From contig CAYRXT010000009.1 in the NCBI GenBank assembly GCA_964428315.1, forward strand, positions 4,514-68,513: 64,000 nt of DNA, given 5' to 3'. Positions 38,294-48,694 of the stretch are shown one piece after another. This DNA is from an uncultured Planctomycetales bacterium (lineage in GTDB: Bacteria; Omnitrophota; Gorgyraeia; Zapsychrales; CAYRXT01). The translations under genes were made by a program, and so were the position numbers. Position 1 is the stretch's first letter, and each line of letters opens with the position of its first letter. The notes under the pieces were generated by a model that had not been told where the DNA came from, made no database searches, and saw only the letters and a list, made by a program, of their open reading frames with translations.

Positions 38294-40115
38294 GTGCGTC
38301 GGCTTTCTCATCGTAGGAGCGTTGATGTTCCGTCCCGTCGTCACGGCCGCTCAGGACATTACTTTTGATGTGAGCGTTGACCGAAAGACCGTGGCTCTGG
38401 GGGAGAGCCTGGTCCTCAGCATGACGGTGCGGGGAAATCAGTCAGCCGGCCCCTTTGAACTGCCGTCGCTCGATGGATTCGACAGCCGCTATCTCGGGCC
38501 TTCCACGCACGTTTCCATTGTTAACGGCCGGTATTCCAGTTCGATCGCGTACAATTACCGGCTTATACCTCTCAAGGCAGGGACATTCACCGTCCCGCCC
38601 ATCACGGTTACCATTAACGGCAGGACATATATCTCCGATCCCGTCGACATCAGCGTGATCTCCCAGCCGATCAATGGGCAACAGCGGGCGATTGCGCCGT
38701 CCGGGAGATCGCTGGAGGACAACGTCTTTCTCATGATGAAAATAGACCGGCGAGAGGTCTATCTAAACGAACGTGTCCCTCTGACAATTAAATTGTACGT
38801 GAACCAGCTTTCCGTGCGCGACGTCCAGTTCCCGGAACTGGAGGCCGACGGCTTTCGCCTTGAGGAATTTGCCCGGCCCCGTCAATACAGCGAGGTCATC
38901 GGCGGTGTGCAGTATGATGTGGTCGAATTCGCCGCCGCCTTTTTCCCGACGCGCACCGGAGAGCTTGCCGTGGGACCGGCTGAACTTTCTTTGAACGTCC
39001 TCATCAAAGAAGCCCCTTCCTCACGTTCCCCCTTCGGCGAGTTCGGATCCTTTTTCGACGAAGAATTTTTTGACAGCTTTTTTGAATCCTATCGACGTTA
39101 TCCCTTAAGGGTGAGTTCGGCGGACGTGAGACTCGCCGTCAAGCCGCTCCCGGAAGAAAACCGCCCCGAGGGTTTTACAGGAGCGGTGGGCCAATTCGAT
39201 TTCCGGGCGGATGTGATGCCGGAGGAAGTCTCCGTCGGAGACCCCCTGACGGTAAGGATGACGATAACGGGCGAGGGTAACCTGCAGACGGTCCGGTTCC
39301 CGGCCTACGCTGATACGGGCGATTTCAAGGCTTATGATCCGGAGATCAAGGAGCAGGAAAAAGACAAGACGCTCGAGCAGGTTTTGATTCCCAAGCACGA
39401 CGAGGTCGACCGGGTGCCCGCGGCCGCATTCTCCTTTTTTGATCCTGAGGAAGAACAGTATCGCATGATACGAAGGGGGCCGTTTCCGATCAAGGTTAAA
39501 CCGGCCGAGAAGCAGGACCAGTTTAAGGTCGTAGGCTTGCCTCCTGCCGCCGCTGGTACGGGCGCGCTGGGCCAGGGGCTCATTTATCAGGAAGAACTGG
39601 GAGAGGACATCCTCTTCTTGAAAGAGGACCCTGGTGTTTTCCGCAAGCGGGGCCGGTTTGTTTTTCAGAGCCTGCGTTTTGTCATTACGGTTATCCTGTC
39701 ATTGGCAGGTTTTTTGGGATATGCGGGATATTATTATCGGCGCGAGCGGTTGCGTTCGGATGTGAGTTTTGCGCGGCGGTTGAAGGCGCCGCGCAGGGCG
39801 AAGGAGGGTATCCGCAAGGCCGAGGCGTTGATGAAGGCGGACCAGCCGAAGGAGTTTTACGACTGTGTGTTTAAGACCCTGCAGGAGTATCTGGGCGACA
39901 CGTTTCATCTCTCGTCGGGTGGAATAACATGGGACATGGTACGGGATATTGTGCGCAAAAGGGCCGTCGACACAGAGGTGGACGGTCGATTAAAGGCCAT
40001 TTTTGAAGATTGTGATGCCATCCGTTTTGCTCCTCTTCACCCGGATAGGGCAAAGATGAAGATGACTTTGGCCGATTTGAGAACCGTTATCGATTATCTG
40101 GAGAAAAGGGTATGA
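38268..40115 (+). CDS. batD: BatD (oxygen tolerance) family protein
   Basis: 615 aa. Signal peptide, then an extracytoplasmic region, then a C-terminal TM helix. It sits in the BatD position of the operon. Confidence 0.6.
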   Translation: MKMSRKIGKCVGFLIVGALMFRPVVTAAQDITFDVSVDRKTVALGESLVLSMTVRGNQSAGPFELPSLDGFDSRYLGPSTHVSIVNGRYSSSIAYNYRLIPLKAGTFTVPPITVTINGRTYISDPVDISVISQPINGQQRAIAPSGRSLEDNVFLMMKIDRREVYLNERVPLTIKLYVNQLSVRDVQFPELEADGFRLEEFARPRQYSEVIGGVQYDVVEFAAAFFPTRTGELAVGPAELSLNVLIKEAPSSRSPFGEFGSFFDEEFFDSFFESYRRYPLRVSSADVRLAVKPLPEENRPEGFTGAVGQFDFRADVMPEEVSVGDPLTVRMTITGEGNLQTVRFPAYADTGDFKAYDPEIKEQEKDKTLEQVLIPKHDEVDRVPAAAFSFFDPEEEQYRMIRRGPFPIKVKPAEKQDQFKVVGLPPAAAGTGALGQGLIYQEELGEDILFLKEDPGVFRKRGRFVFQSLRFVITVILSLAGFLGYAGYYYRRERLRSDVSFARRLKAPRRAKEGIRKAEALMKADQPKEFYDCVFKTLQEYLGDTFHLSSGGITWDMVRDIVRKRAVDTEVDGRLKAIFEDCDAIRFAPLHPDRAKMKMTLADLRTVIDYLEKRV

Positions 40116-40879
40116 ACCTGCTTCTTTTGAAAAGGGCGGCGTCAGGCATCATCTTGCTGATCGCCTTTCAGGCATTCGCCTTCGCGCAGGAGGCGAACGC
40201 CCCCATGGCCGTCTTTTTTCAGGCTAATGCCGCTTACAAGGACGGGGAATACAGTAAAGCCATCCGGCTCTACCAGTCCATTCTCGATCGGGGATACGAA
40301 AGCGGTGCGATTTACTACAATATGGGCAATTGTTTTTTTAAGAACAAAAGATTGGGCGAGGCCGTCCTCTATTATCTGCGCGCGAAACGCCTGATGCCCC
40401 GGGATGATCAGCTGGCCTATAACCTCCGGTATGCCCGTTCTTTTGTGCCGCAATACGCCGGTGAATCCCCCGGTTCGTTCTGGCGGCAGCGGTGGACATC
40501 GTACAAGAGCCGTTTTACCGTCAACGAACTTTCCTGGATGCTCTATGGCTGTTTCCTGCTCATGGCCTTCAGCTATATCCTTTTCCTAGTGCGGCGCTGG
40601 CCCGTCGTCCGGCTGGCCGTTGTCATGGCCCTGTGGGCCGCGGTTTTTTTATTTCACCTTTGGGTATTAACGGCTAAAGTCGGGGATTACGGGGTACAGG
40701 CCGTTGTCATGGAGAAGGCGCACTCCCGGTATGAACCGATCGAGCAGGCCACCAAATATTACGCCCTGTCCGAAGGAACGGTTGTCCGAATCCTAAAAAA
40801 AGAAGGTGACTGGCTTAAGATCAGGCGTTCGGACGGCAAGATCGGCTGGATCGAGAAGAGAAAACTGCAGGTGATTTGA
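40112..40879 (+). CDS. batE: BatE-like TPR plus SH3b domain protein
   Basis: N-terminal TPR repeats, a TM segment and a C-terminal SH3b-like region (GDWLKIRRSDGKIGWI). Confidence 0.6.
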   Translation: MNLLLLKRAASGIILLIAFQAFAFAQEANAPMAVFFQANAAYKDGEYSKAIRLYQSILDRGYESGAIYYNMGNCFFKNKRLGEAVLYYLRAKRLMPRDDQLAYNLRYARSFVPQYAGESPGSFWRQRWTSYKSRFTVNELSWMLYGCFLLMAFSYILFLVRRWPVVRLAVVMALWAAVFLFHLWVLTAKVGDYGVQAVVMEKAHSRYEPIEQATKYYALSEGTVVRILKKEGDWLKIRRSDGKIGWIEKRKLQVI

Positions 40880-40935
40880 TTCGCCTACGCCTTCCTATTG
40901 GACGTAAGGCCCTAGACTTTTATAAATATTAAGGA

Positions 40936-40983
40936 GAAGAAGGGGCCGCCCTGCACCGCACGGTGCAGGGCGGCCCCTTCTTC
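40936..40983. terminator. Bidirectional intrinsic terminator between batE (+) and lpxB (-)
   Basis: A perfect ~22 bp GC-rich inverted repeat, GAAGAAGGGGCCGCCCTGCACCG / CGGTGCAGGGCGGCCCCTTCTTC, with T-rich flanks on both strands. Confidence 0.7.
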
Positions 40984-40984
40984 T

Positions 40985-42127
40985 TCATAATATTTGAAGA
41001 ATGATCCTTGCGGCCCTGTGCGTAGCGCCGGATTCGCCCAGACGTTTCCGCACCTCTTTCAAATCCGCGTGAACCTGCGCGAGCCCTATCTCGTCGCTTA
41101 GCATCTGCAGGGCTTCGTGGGCGATGCGTCGGGGCGTGGCCGCAAACTGGATGCACTCGGGGACGACCTTGCGGCCGGCGACCACATTGACCAGACCGAT
41201 GCAGGGGATCTTGACGAAGAGCCTGGCCAGAAGCCATGTGGGGAAGGAGGTCCTGTAAACGATGACCATCGGTTTTTGGAGGATCGCCGCCTCAAGTGTC
41301 GCGGTCCCGGAGGCGATAAGGCAGACATCGCACGCGTTGATGGCGTCATAACCGTCTTCGTCGACTATTTTGGGAATAACGCTTTTCCCTTCGAGATAAG
41401 GTGAGACGATCCTCCGGGGGATGGTCGCCGCCTTGATCAGGATAATCTGTAGTGAGGGGAACCGATCCCGAATGATCTCGGCGGCTCCGATCATGGCGGG
41501 CAGCAATGTCTGGATTTCTTTTTCCCGCGAACCGGGAAGGAGGCCAAGCGTCAGCTTGTGGGGCGAAAGGCCCAGTCCTTCCAAATAGCTTTCGCGCCCG
41601 GTGCGAACGCGCACATCATCCAGTAACGGATGACCGACACATTCAACGTCGACATCGTGACGCAGGTAGATCTCTTTTTCAAAAGGGAAAAAGACCAGCA
41701 TCTTGTCCACGCAACGTTTGACGGTCTTTATCCTGTTTGCCTTCCAGGCCCAGACCTGCGGACTGATGTAATAAACCACTTGCGTGTCCATGTGGTCCAG
41801 GGCCTTGGCCAGCCGGAGGTTGAACCCGGGGTAGTCGACGAGGATGACCGAGGAGGGTTTCGTTTCCTTGACCTTGTTAAGGAAAAGGCGGAAAAGGCGG
41901 CGAAAATGCTTTAGGTGTTTAAAGACCTCGAGAAAACCGACGACAGCAAATTCTGTCATGTCCGCGTAGAGTGTCACGCCGGCTTCCCGCATAGACCTCC
42001 CGCCGAGCCCGGAAAAGGTGACACCCGGATTCTGTTCACGGATGGCCCTGACAAGATGCGCGGCATGCAGGTCGCCGGAGGCCTCTCCGGCCACGATCAT
42101 GATATGTTGACGAGTGGGTTGCGACAT
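40985..42127 (-). CDS. lpxB: Lipid-A-disaccharide synthase
   Basis: 380 aa. The N-terminal IMIVAGEASGDLHAAHLVRAI motif is typical of LpxB. Confidence 0.85.
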   Translation of the reverse strand: MSQPTRQHIMIVAGEASGDLHAAHLVRAIREQNPGVTFSGLGGRSMREAGVTLYADMTEFAVVGFLEVFKHLKHFRRLFRLFLNKVKETKPSSVILVDYPGFNLRLAKALDHMDTQVVYYISPQVWAWKANRIKTVKRCVDKMLVFFPFEKEIYLRHDVDVECVGHPLLDDVRVRTGRESYLEGLGLSPHKLTLGLLPGSREKEIQTLLPAMIGAAEIIRDRFPSLQIILIKAATIPRRIVSPYLEGKSVIPKIVDEDGYDAINACDVCLIASGTATLEAAILQKPMVIVYRTSFPTWLLARLFVKIPCIGLVNVVAGRKVVPECIQFAATPRRIAHEALQMLSDEIGLAQVHADLKEVRKRLGESGATHRAARIILQIL

Positions 42128-43035
42128 ATTTTTTCAACGATGGCCAGGGCCGTTTTAAGGGCCGCCGTCCCTTCCTCACCGGATACGAGGGGCCTTTCGT
42201 CGTTACGGATACAATCGATGAAAGATTCCAGCTCGACCTTGAGGGGTTCTTCTTTTTCGATAGGCAGCGCGTGTTTAAGGATCTTAGAACCGGACTTGCG
42301 GAAAACAAAGGCCTCCTGACGGACATAGTCAAGGGAGATATAGGTGTTTTCGATAAAGATGCGGATCTTGCGCATGATTTCATCCGAGACCCGGCTGGCT
42401 GTCAGGTTGCAGACACAACCGTTTTGAAAAGAAAGGCGGGCGTTGGCGATGTCTTCCCGGCCGGTGAGGACATTGATCCCCACAGCATGAATATCTTCGA
42501 CAGGCTCTTCGATCAGCCCGAGTACGATGTCGATATCATGGATCATTAAATCCATGACGACGCCGATGTCCAAAGAGCGTTTCGGGAAACGGTTGAGGCG
42601 GTGGCATTCGATAAAAAGAGGATTCCGCGCCAGCCGTTTGACGGCCTGGAAGGCGGCGTTGAAGCGTTCGACGTGGCCGACCTGGAGTGTGCAGCGTTTG
42701 GCGTGGGCCAGACGGGTCAGTTCTTCAGCCTGCTCAACGGTCGAGGCTATGGGTTTTTCGATGAATGTATGGAGACCTGCGCTCAGGCAGGTCCGGCCGA
42801 TGGAAAAATGTTCGCTGGTCGGAGCGCAGATGTTGACCGCATCGACCTTGGCCAGGAGTCCGTGATAATCGGTGTAAAACGGGATCCCCAGGTCCTTGGC
42901 CAGTTTTTCTCCCTGCCGCGGGTTGATGTCGCAGACCCACGCCAGTTTGACCTTTTGCGGCAAGCTCTGATAAACCTTCAGGTGACGCTCGCCCAGATGT
43001 CCGATGCCGATAATGCCTACTGAGATTTTGTCCAT
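42097..43035 (-). CDS. Gfo/Idh/MocA-family NAD(P)-dependent oxidoreductase
   Basis: N-terminal Rossmann motif VGIIGIGHLG and the EKP motif (FIEKPIA). It overlaps lpxB by about 30 nt. Confidence 0.75.
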   Translation of the reverse strand: MDKISVGIIGIGHLGERHLKVYQSLPQKVKLAWVCDINPRQGEKLAKDLGIPFYTDYHGLLAKVDAVNICAPTSEHFSIGRTCLSAGLHTFIEKPIASTVEQAEELTRLAHAKRCTLQVGHVERFNAAFQAVKRLARNPLFIECHRLNRFPKRSLDIGVVMDLMIHDIDIVLGLIEEPVEDIHAVGINVLTGREDIANARLSFQNGCVCNLTASRVSDEIMRKIRIFIENTYISLDYVRQEAFVFRKSGSKILKHALPIEKEEPLKVELESFIDCIRNDERPLVSGEEGTAALKTALAIVEKICRNPLVNIS

Positions 43036-43149
43036 AGATGAGGCCTGGTTGAATTGTTATAACTATAAAGAATTGGAACAGGTTAACTATCGGCCTACTA
43101 TAACAAATCGGTCGACAAAAGTCAATTGATGTGATAATATGCACACCTT

Positions 43150-44943
43150 ATGAAAAACTATGTCAAATTGCTGCAGTTCCTGCGGGGCCATCTATGGCTT
43201 TTTCTGCCGGCCTCTTTTTTGATGTTTTTAGGCTCGGTTTTTGAAGGTGTCCAGTTGTCCCTTCTGGTGCCCCTGGTGGACATCGTCCTTACCCAGAAAA
43301 AAATTATTCCCCCCCAGCAGCTTCCGGACGCTCTGCAAAGCCTTGTTATGCGGCTCAATGATGTGGCGCCATCGGAGCTGTTGTGGTTCCTGGCCCTTGG
43401 ATTTATTCCATTGATAGTGATCAAAAACCTCGTTGCCTTTTTTTACGGTTTGATCATGAACGATATCTCTCAGCGTGTCATGCGGGATATCCGCAACCGC
43501 CTTTATCATACGATACAGAACCTTTCGCTGGATTATTTTAGTAAAAGACGCAGCGGAGAGCTGATCTCCCGGATTACCCATGATGTCCAGGTCATAGAGA
43601 ACGCCCTGTCTTATGCCGTGACGGACCTGATTCGCCAGTCCTTTTTGATCGTCGTGTATGTGACTATTGTCGTAATTATCCATTGGAAGGCGGCGGTCAT
43701 TATCTTTTTTATGGGGCCGATTATCGGCATGCCGATTTCCAATATCGGGAAAAAATTAAGGAAACTGTCAAAGAATACGCAGGAAAAGATGGCGGACATC
43801 AATTCCCTGCTCCTGGAGACAATCACCGGCATCAAGGTGGTCAAGGCCTTTGGCATGGAGCCTTATGAGATCAAAAGATTTACCGGACAAAACCAGGATT
43901 ATTACAAGCTCAAGATGAAATCGATCCGCCGTCTTCTGTCGCTCACGCCTATCACGGAGATCGTGGGCACGCTTTTTGGTGTGGGGATCATTTTATGGAT
44001 GGGGCGCCAGATCCTCCAGGGTGAGATTTCATTCGGTGTCTTCGGACTGTTTTTCGGTTCTATCCTGATGATGATGCAGCCGATAAAAAAATTGGGGAAT
44101 GTGAACATTATCACCCAGCAGGCCCTGGCGGCGTCAGAACGTATCTATGAAGTTCTGGAGGCAAGCCCATCGGTCAAGGAGCGTCCCGATGCCCTCGAGG
44201 CGCCGCAGATTCAAGAGAAGATCGAAATACGACAGGTCAACTTCCGGTATGACGACGAATCCGACCATGTCTTGAGAGATATCAATCTCGATATTTCGGT
44301 CGGGGAGGTCGCGGCGATTGTCGGACCGACGGGATCGGGGAAATCGACACTGGCCAATCTGGTCCCCCGATTTTATGACCCTGTCTCAGGGGACGTTTTT
44401 CTGGATTCGAAGAATTTGCGGGACCTGACCTTATCGTCTTTGCGCAGACAGATCGGCATCGTGACCCAGGAAACCATTTTGTTCAATGATACGGTAAGGG
44501 CGAACATTGCCTACGGGAGGTTCGATGCGCCTTTGGACGAAATCCAGGAAGCGGCGAAGAAGGCGTTTGCCCACAGGTTTATCGTTAACATGCCGCAGGG
44601 TTACGAAACGATCGTCGGAGACCGGGGATTCCGCCTTTCCGGAGGCGAGAAACAGCGGATTGCCATCGCGCGGGCAATCTTGAAGAATCCGCCTCTGCTT
44701 ATCCTGGATGAGGCCACGTCCCAGCTGGATTCGGAATCCGAAAGCTTTGTTCAGGAGGCCCTGGATAAACTTATGCATGGCCGCACGGTTATTTGTATCG
44801 CCCACCGGTTTTCGACGATTCAAAAAGCCGACAAGATTGTTGTCCTGGAAAAAGGCCTGATTGTTGGGCAGGGCACACATGCGCAATTGCTTAAGGATTG
44901 CCCCCTTTATGGGCGGCTTTATAATACGCAGTTTCAAATTTGA
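43150..44943 (+). CDS. msbA: ABC transporter permease/ATPase fusion, MsbA-like lipid A exporter
   Basis: Six-TM domain plus an NBD with Walker A (GPTGSGKST), the signature LSGGEKQRIAIARA and Walker B (ILDEATS). Confidence 0.75.
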   Translation: MKNYVKLLQFLRGHLWLFLPASFLMFLGSVFEGVQLSLLVPLVDIVLTQKKIIPPQQLPDALQSLVMRLNDVAPSELLWFLALGFIPLIVIKNLVAFFYGLIMNDISQRVMRDIRNRLYHTIQNLSLDYFSKRRSGELISRITHDVQVIENALSYAVTDLIRQSFLIVVYVTIVVIIHWKAAVIIFFMGPIIGMPISNIGKKLRKLSKNTQEKMADINSLLLETITGIKVVKAFGMEPYEIKRFTGQNQDYYKLKMKSIRRLLSLTPITEIVGTLFGVGIILWMGRQILQGEISFGVFGLFFGSILMMMQPIKKLGNVNIITQQALAASERIYEVLEASPSVKERPDALEAPQIQEKIEIRQVNFRYDDESDHVLRDINLDISVGEVAAIVGPTGSGKSTLANLVPRFYDPVSGDVFLDSKNLRDLTLSSLRRQIGIVTQETILFNDTVRANIAYGRFDAPLDEIQEAAKKAFAHRFIVNMPQGYETIVGDRGFRLSGGEKQRIAIARAILKNPPLLILDEATSQLDSESESFVQEALDKLMHGRTVICIAHRFSTIQKADKIVVLEKGLIVGQGTHAQLLKDCPLYGRLYNTQFQI

Positions 44944-45264
44944 CCGGCGACCCGGTGGTTCCGGCCTTAGTGAACAAATCACAGTATATATGAAAAACAA
45001 TTGCTTTTTCCTGCAATTTTTTGTAAAATTGAGGCGTTTTTGCCCGAAATTTAAAACTTATTCAGCAGTTTTACACCGGGTTCCCTCGGAAATAAAATAT
45101 TGAAAAATACATTGATATTGGTTATACTATCACAATTAACTTAATGGGATGGATGCAGTTATGACGTATAGACTCAAGATGTTCATCCCGAAGTCAACCG
45201 GCGGATCAGAGGCGGATCCCGTCGGGTAACTTAATGTAATAAACGAGGTTAAGACGGAGGCAAG

Positions 45265-46119
45265 ATGACGGACGAACTGATTAAAAAATTACTGGAAGCC
45301 GGAGTCCATTTTGGGCACCAGACAAGACGTTGGAATCCCAAAATGAAAAAATATATCTTCGGGGAGCGAAGCGGGATATATATTATCGATCTGGAAAAGA
45401 CGGTCGATTGCCTGAACCGCGCTCGGGATTTTCTTCATGACAACGCGGCCCAGGGACGCCGTATTCTTTTCGTCGGGACCAAACGGCAGGCCCAGGACAT
45501 AGTGGCCCAGGAAGCGACGCGCGCCGGGATGTTCTTTATTCGCAACCGCTGGTTGGGCGGCCTGTTGACCAATTTCCAAACCGTCAGAAAATCTATTGAG
45601 AGGCTTAAGTCCATTGAGCGAATGAGCGAGGACGGCACCTTTGATGAGCTTACCAAAAAGGAGCGCGCCCGTCTTTCCAAGGAACGCGATAAACTGCAGC
45701 GGGATCTGGAGGGCATCCGCGAGATGAATGAACTCCCGGACGTTGTCTTTATCATCGATTCGAAGAGAGAGGAGATCGCTGTCCGGGAAGCCAACCGCCT
45801 TAAGATTCCGACCGTGGGGCTCATTGACACAAATTGCGATCCGGATCATATAGATCTGCCGATCCCCGGTAATGACGACGCGTTGAAATCGATTCGGTTT
45901 ATTGTGACCATGTTGACCGACAATATCCTGGAGGGGAAAAAGGCATATGTGATCAGCGAACAGGCCCGCCGGAAAGAGGCTGACGAACAATCGGATGCCG
46001 GGGAATCCGGACAGAAAATCGAAGAGGAGATTGAAACGTTGGAAGATTCGACGGAGAAGAAGGAAAATGTCAAGCGGGGGCCCACGAAGGTCCGTATGGG
46101 GACGGAAAAAGAAAATTAG
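45265..46119 (+). CDS. rpsB: 30S ribosomal protein S2
   Basis: N-terminal LLEAGVHFGHQTRRWNPKM. A promoter-like TTGAAA, 17 nt spacer, then TATACT lies about 140 nt upstream. Confidence 0.95.
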   Translation: MTDELIKKLLEAGVHFGHQTRRWNPKMKKYIFGERSGIYIIDLEKTVDCLNRARDFLHDNAAQGRRILFVGTKRQAQDIVAQEATRAGMFFIRNRWLGGLLTNFQTVRKSIERLKSIERMSEDGTFDELTKKERARLSKERDKLQRDLEGIREMNELPDVVFIIDSKREEIAVREANRLKIPTVGLIDTNCDPDHIDLPIPGNDDALKSIRFIVTMLTDNILEGKKAYVISEQARRKEADEQSDAGESGQKIEEEIETLEDSTEKKENVKRGPTKVRMGTEKEN

Positions 46120-46192
46120 TCTATGAAGACATTGCCTGAAATCCGAACTTGAATGAACCGTAGTCTCCCGGGCAAGGTAAGGAAGGAGTATT

Positions 46193-46720
46193 ATGAGCGT
46201 ATCAGTGGAATCCATTAAGGAATTGAGAGAAACAACCGGTTGCGGTGTTATCGAATGCAAGAAGGCGCTCGAAGAGGCCAAAGGAGATCCGCAAAAGGCC
46301 AAAGATATCCTCCGTCAACGCGGTCTGGAGATCGCGGCGAAGAAAGGATCGCGGGCCGCCAACGAGGGACGCGTTGAGGCCTATGTCCATCTGGGCGCCA
46401 AGATCGGCGTTCTTTTGGAAGTGAACTGTGAAACGGATTTTGTGGCCAAGAGTGAGGATTTCTGCCGGTTTACAAAAGACATAGCGATGCATATCGCCGC
46501 TATGGCTCCCCGGTGTGTCACGCGGGACGATATTGGACAGGATGTCCTGGACAAGGCAGAAGACCCGGAGGAGTTCATCAAAAGAAACTGCCTGTTGGAA
46601 CAGCCCTTCGTCAAAAATCAGTCCTTCACCGTCCGCGATTATCTGAATGATTTGGTGGCCAAGATCGGCGAGAATATTCTTATCTCCCGGTTTGTCAGAT
46701 ATAAAGTCGGTGAAGAATAA
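46193..46720 (+). CDS. tsf: Elongation factor Ts, short form
   Basis: N-terminal VKELRETTGCGVIECKKAL. It follows rpsB in the conserved order. At 175 aa it is short. Confidence 0.85.
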   Translation: MSVSVESIKELRETTGCGVIECKKALEEAKGDPQKAKDILRQRGLEIAAKKGSRAANEGRVEAYVHLGAKIGVLLEVNCETDFVAKSEDFCRFTKDIAMHIAAMAPRCVTRDDIGQDVLDKAEDPEEFIKRNCLLEQPFVKNQSFTVRDYLNDLVAKIGENILISRFVRYKVGEE

Positions 46721-46751
46721 ATCATGAAGACCGCTTTGAACCCATAATCCA

Positions 46752-47471
46752 TTGCGAAGTAAACCGATATATAAGAGGATTTTGCTTAAACTGAGTGGCG
46801 AGGCCATGCAGGGTTCCCAGGAACATGGGATCGAAGCGGAGATGTGCGCTTCCCTGGCCAAACAGATAGCCGAAGTCATGGCCATGGGGGTTGAGATTGC
46901 CCTTGTCGTAGGTGGAGGGAACTTTTTCCGCGGCCAGGTCGAATCGAAGCGCTTCGGTCTCGATCAGTCGGTCGCTGATTATATGGGGATGCTGGCCACG
47001 ATCCTTAACGGGCTTGCACTGCAGAATGCCCTGGAAAAGACCGGTATCCCGACGCGCGTGATGACCGCCATTCATATGGCCGCCGTGGCCGAGCCCTACA
47101 TTCGGCGCCGCGCGATCCGTCATTTGGAAAAAAAGCGGGCCGTCATCTTCGTGGCCGGAACCGGCAATCCTTATTTTACGACGGACACAGCCGCGTCGCT
47201 ACGGGCCAAGGAGATCGGCGCCGATGTCATCCTTAAGGCGACGAAGGTCGACGGCGTGTATTCGGCCGATCCGGTCAAGGACAAGAAGGCGAGGCGGTTC
47301 AGTGAGCTGAAATTTATCGACGTGCTCAAAAAGAACTTGCGCGTTATGGACTCTACGGCCATCAGCATGTGCATGGATAATCATCTGCCGATAGTCGTTT
47401 TCGATCTGACCAGAGCGGGGAATATCATGAGAGTTGTGAAAGGGGAGAAGATAGGGACAATCGTATCATAA
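46752..47471 (+). CDS. pyrH: UMP kinase
   Basis: [12 protein letters not shown] is the glycine-rich UMP-kinase motif. Apparent TTG start. Confidence 0.9.
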   Translation: MRSKPIYKRILLKLSGEAMQGSQEHGIEAEMCASLAKQIAEVMAMGVEIALVVGGGNFFRGQVESKRFGLDQSVADYMGMLATILNGLALQNALEKTGIPTRVMTAIHMAAVAEPYIRRRAIRHLEKKRAVIFVAGTGNPYFTTDTAASLRAKEIGADVILKATKVDGVYSADPVKDKKARRFSELKFIDVLKKNLRVMDSTAISMCMDNHLPIVVFDLTRAGNIMRVVKGEKIGTIVS

Positions 47472-47486
47472 GAAGGGTGGTGCACT

Positions 47487-48053
47487 GTGGCCATAAAGGA
47501 TCTCCTCCGGGAAACAGAAAAGAAGATGAAAAAGACGATAGAGTCCGTTGACCGCGAATTCGCTGAGGTGCGGACCGGTCGGGCGCACCCGGGCCTCATC
47601 GAAGGGCTCCATATTGATTACTACGGGACGCCGACAATGATCAAGCAGGTGGCCGGCATTAACATACCCGACCCGAAAACCATTATCATTCAACCCTGGG
47701 ATATGAACGCCATCCCGCAGATCGAAAAAGCGATCCTGAACTCCAAGCTTGGTGCGACCCCGAGTAATGACGGAAAGGTTATCCGGTTGTCTATCCCGCC
47801 GCTTTCCGAGGAAAGACGCAACGAAATGATGAAAGTGGTGAAGGACATGGCGGAAAAGGGAAGGGTGTCTTTGCGGTCTATCCGCCGGGATGCCAATGAC
47901 CATTTAAAAAAGATGGAAGCCGAGAAGGCCATCACCGAAGACGACAATTTTAAAGGCCAAGATGAGGTCCAAAAATTGACGGACAAGTTTATCAAAGAGG
48001 TCGATCACGTGCTGGAATCGAAGCAGAAAGAATTGACCGAAATGATCAAATAG
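47487..48053 (+). CDS. frr: Ribosome recycling factor
   Basis: 188 aa in conserved synteny after pyrH. GTG start. Confidence 0.9.
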   Translation: MAIKDLLRETEKKMKKTIESVDREFAEVRTGRAHPGLIEGLHIDYYGTPTMIKQVAGINIPDPKTIIIQPWDMNAIPQIEKAILNSKLGATPSNDGKVIRLSIPPLSEERRNEMMKVVKDMAEKGRVSLRSIRRDANDHLKKMEAEKAITEDDNFKGQDEVQKLTDKFIKEVDHVLESKQKELTEMIK

Positions 48054-48095
48054 AAGGCCCTGTTCTTTTTCAAATATAAGTGAAAGGATTGCGTT

Positions 48096-48168
48096 GACCC
48101 ACTAGCTCATCCGGTAGAGCACTGCCCTTTTAAGGCAGGTGTGCCGCGTTCGAGTCGCGGGTGGGTCA
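48096..48168 (+). tRNA. tRNA-Lys (anticodon UUU)
   Basis: I folded the cloverleaf by hand. The acceptor arms GACCCAC and GTGGGTC are complementary. The anticodon loop is CTTTTAA and the T-loop is TTCGAGT. No CCA is encoded. Confidence 0.85.
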
Positions 48169-48333
48169 CTGATTTAGGGATAAGTGAGAAGTGACAAGAG
48201 ATAAAAAGCCGGGGATGAGGATTCGCCGGCGAGAAGACGGCCTGTTGTTGACCGAACTTCTTCGCAGCATTGATGACCCCGCCTTATCATTGCCCTTCTT
48301 ACCGATTATCACTCACCGCTTAAGACTCATAAA

Positions 48334-48415
48334 GGGCGAGTGGCGGAATTGGCAGACGCGCAGGATTTAGGATCCTGTCCCGTAAGGGGTGGAGGTTCAA
48401 CCCCTCTCTCGCCCA
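48334..48415 (+). tRNA. tRNA-Leu (anticodon UAG), type II with a long variable arm
   Basis: Acceptor arms GGGCGAG and CTCGCCC, anticodon loop TTTAGGA, an extended variable arm, and T-loop TTCAACC. Confidence 0.8.
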
Positions 48416-48514
48416 TAGAAAAGCAACGAGATGGAAGCGATAAGAGGCCGCGTGAGTTCGCGCCGCAAAGAAGAGGCCTTGCCTCTTATCCCTTGCCACT
48501 GACGATTGATTAAT

Positions 48515-48586
48515 GCGGCGGTAATTCAGCGGTAGAATGCCTCCTTGCCAAGGAGGATGTCGTGGGTTCAAGTCCCATCCGCCGCT
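48515..48586 (+). tRNA. tRNA-Gly (anticodon GCC)
   Basis: Acceptor arms GCGGCGG and CCGCCGC, and an anticodon stem-loop CCTCC-TTGCCAA-GGAGG. Confidence 0.85.
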
Positions 48587-48694
48587 CTTTTTCTAACCTG
48601 TTCTTTTCAAGCCAACAATTAAGAATCTCCGCAGCAACGTTAATAAACACAACCCGCTACGTTCTGACGGAAAAGATTGAGTGGAGGACTGTGA

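Noticed and set aside
45289-46302. 337 aa minus-strand ORF
   Set aside because: It is antisense to rpsB and tsf.
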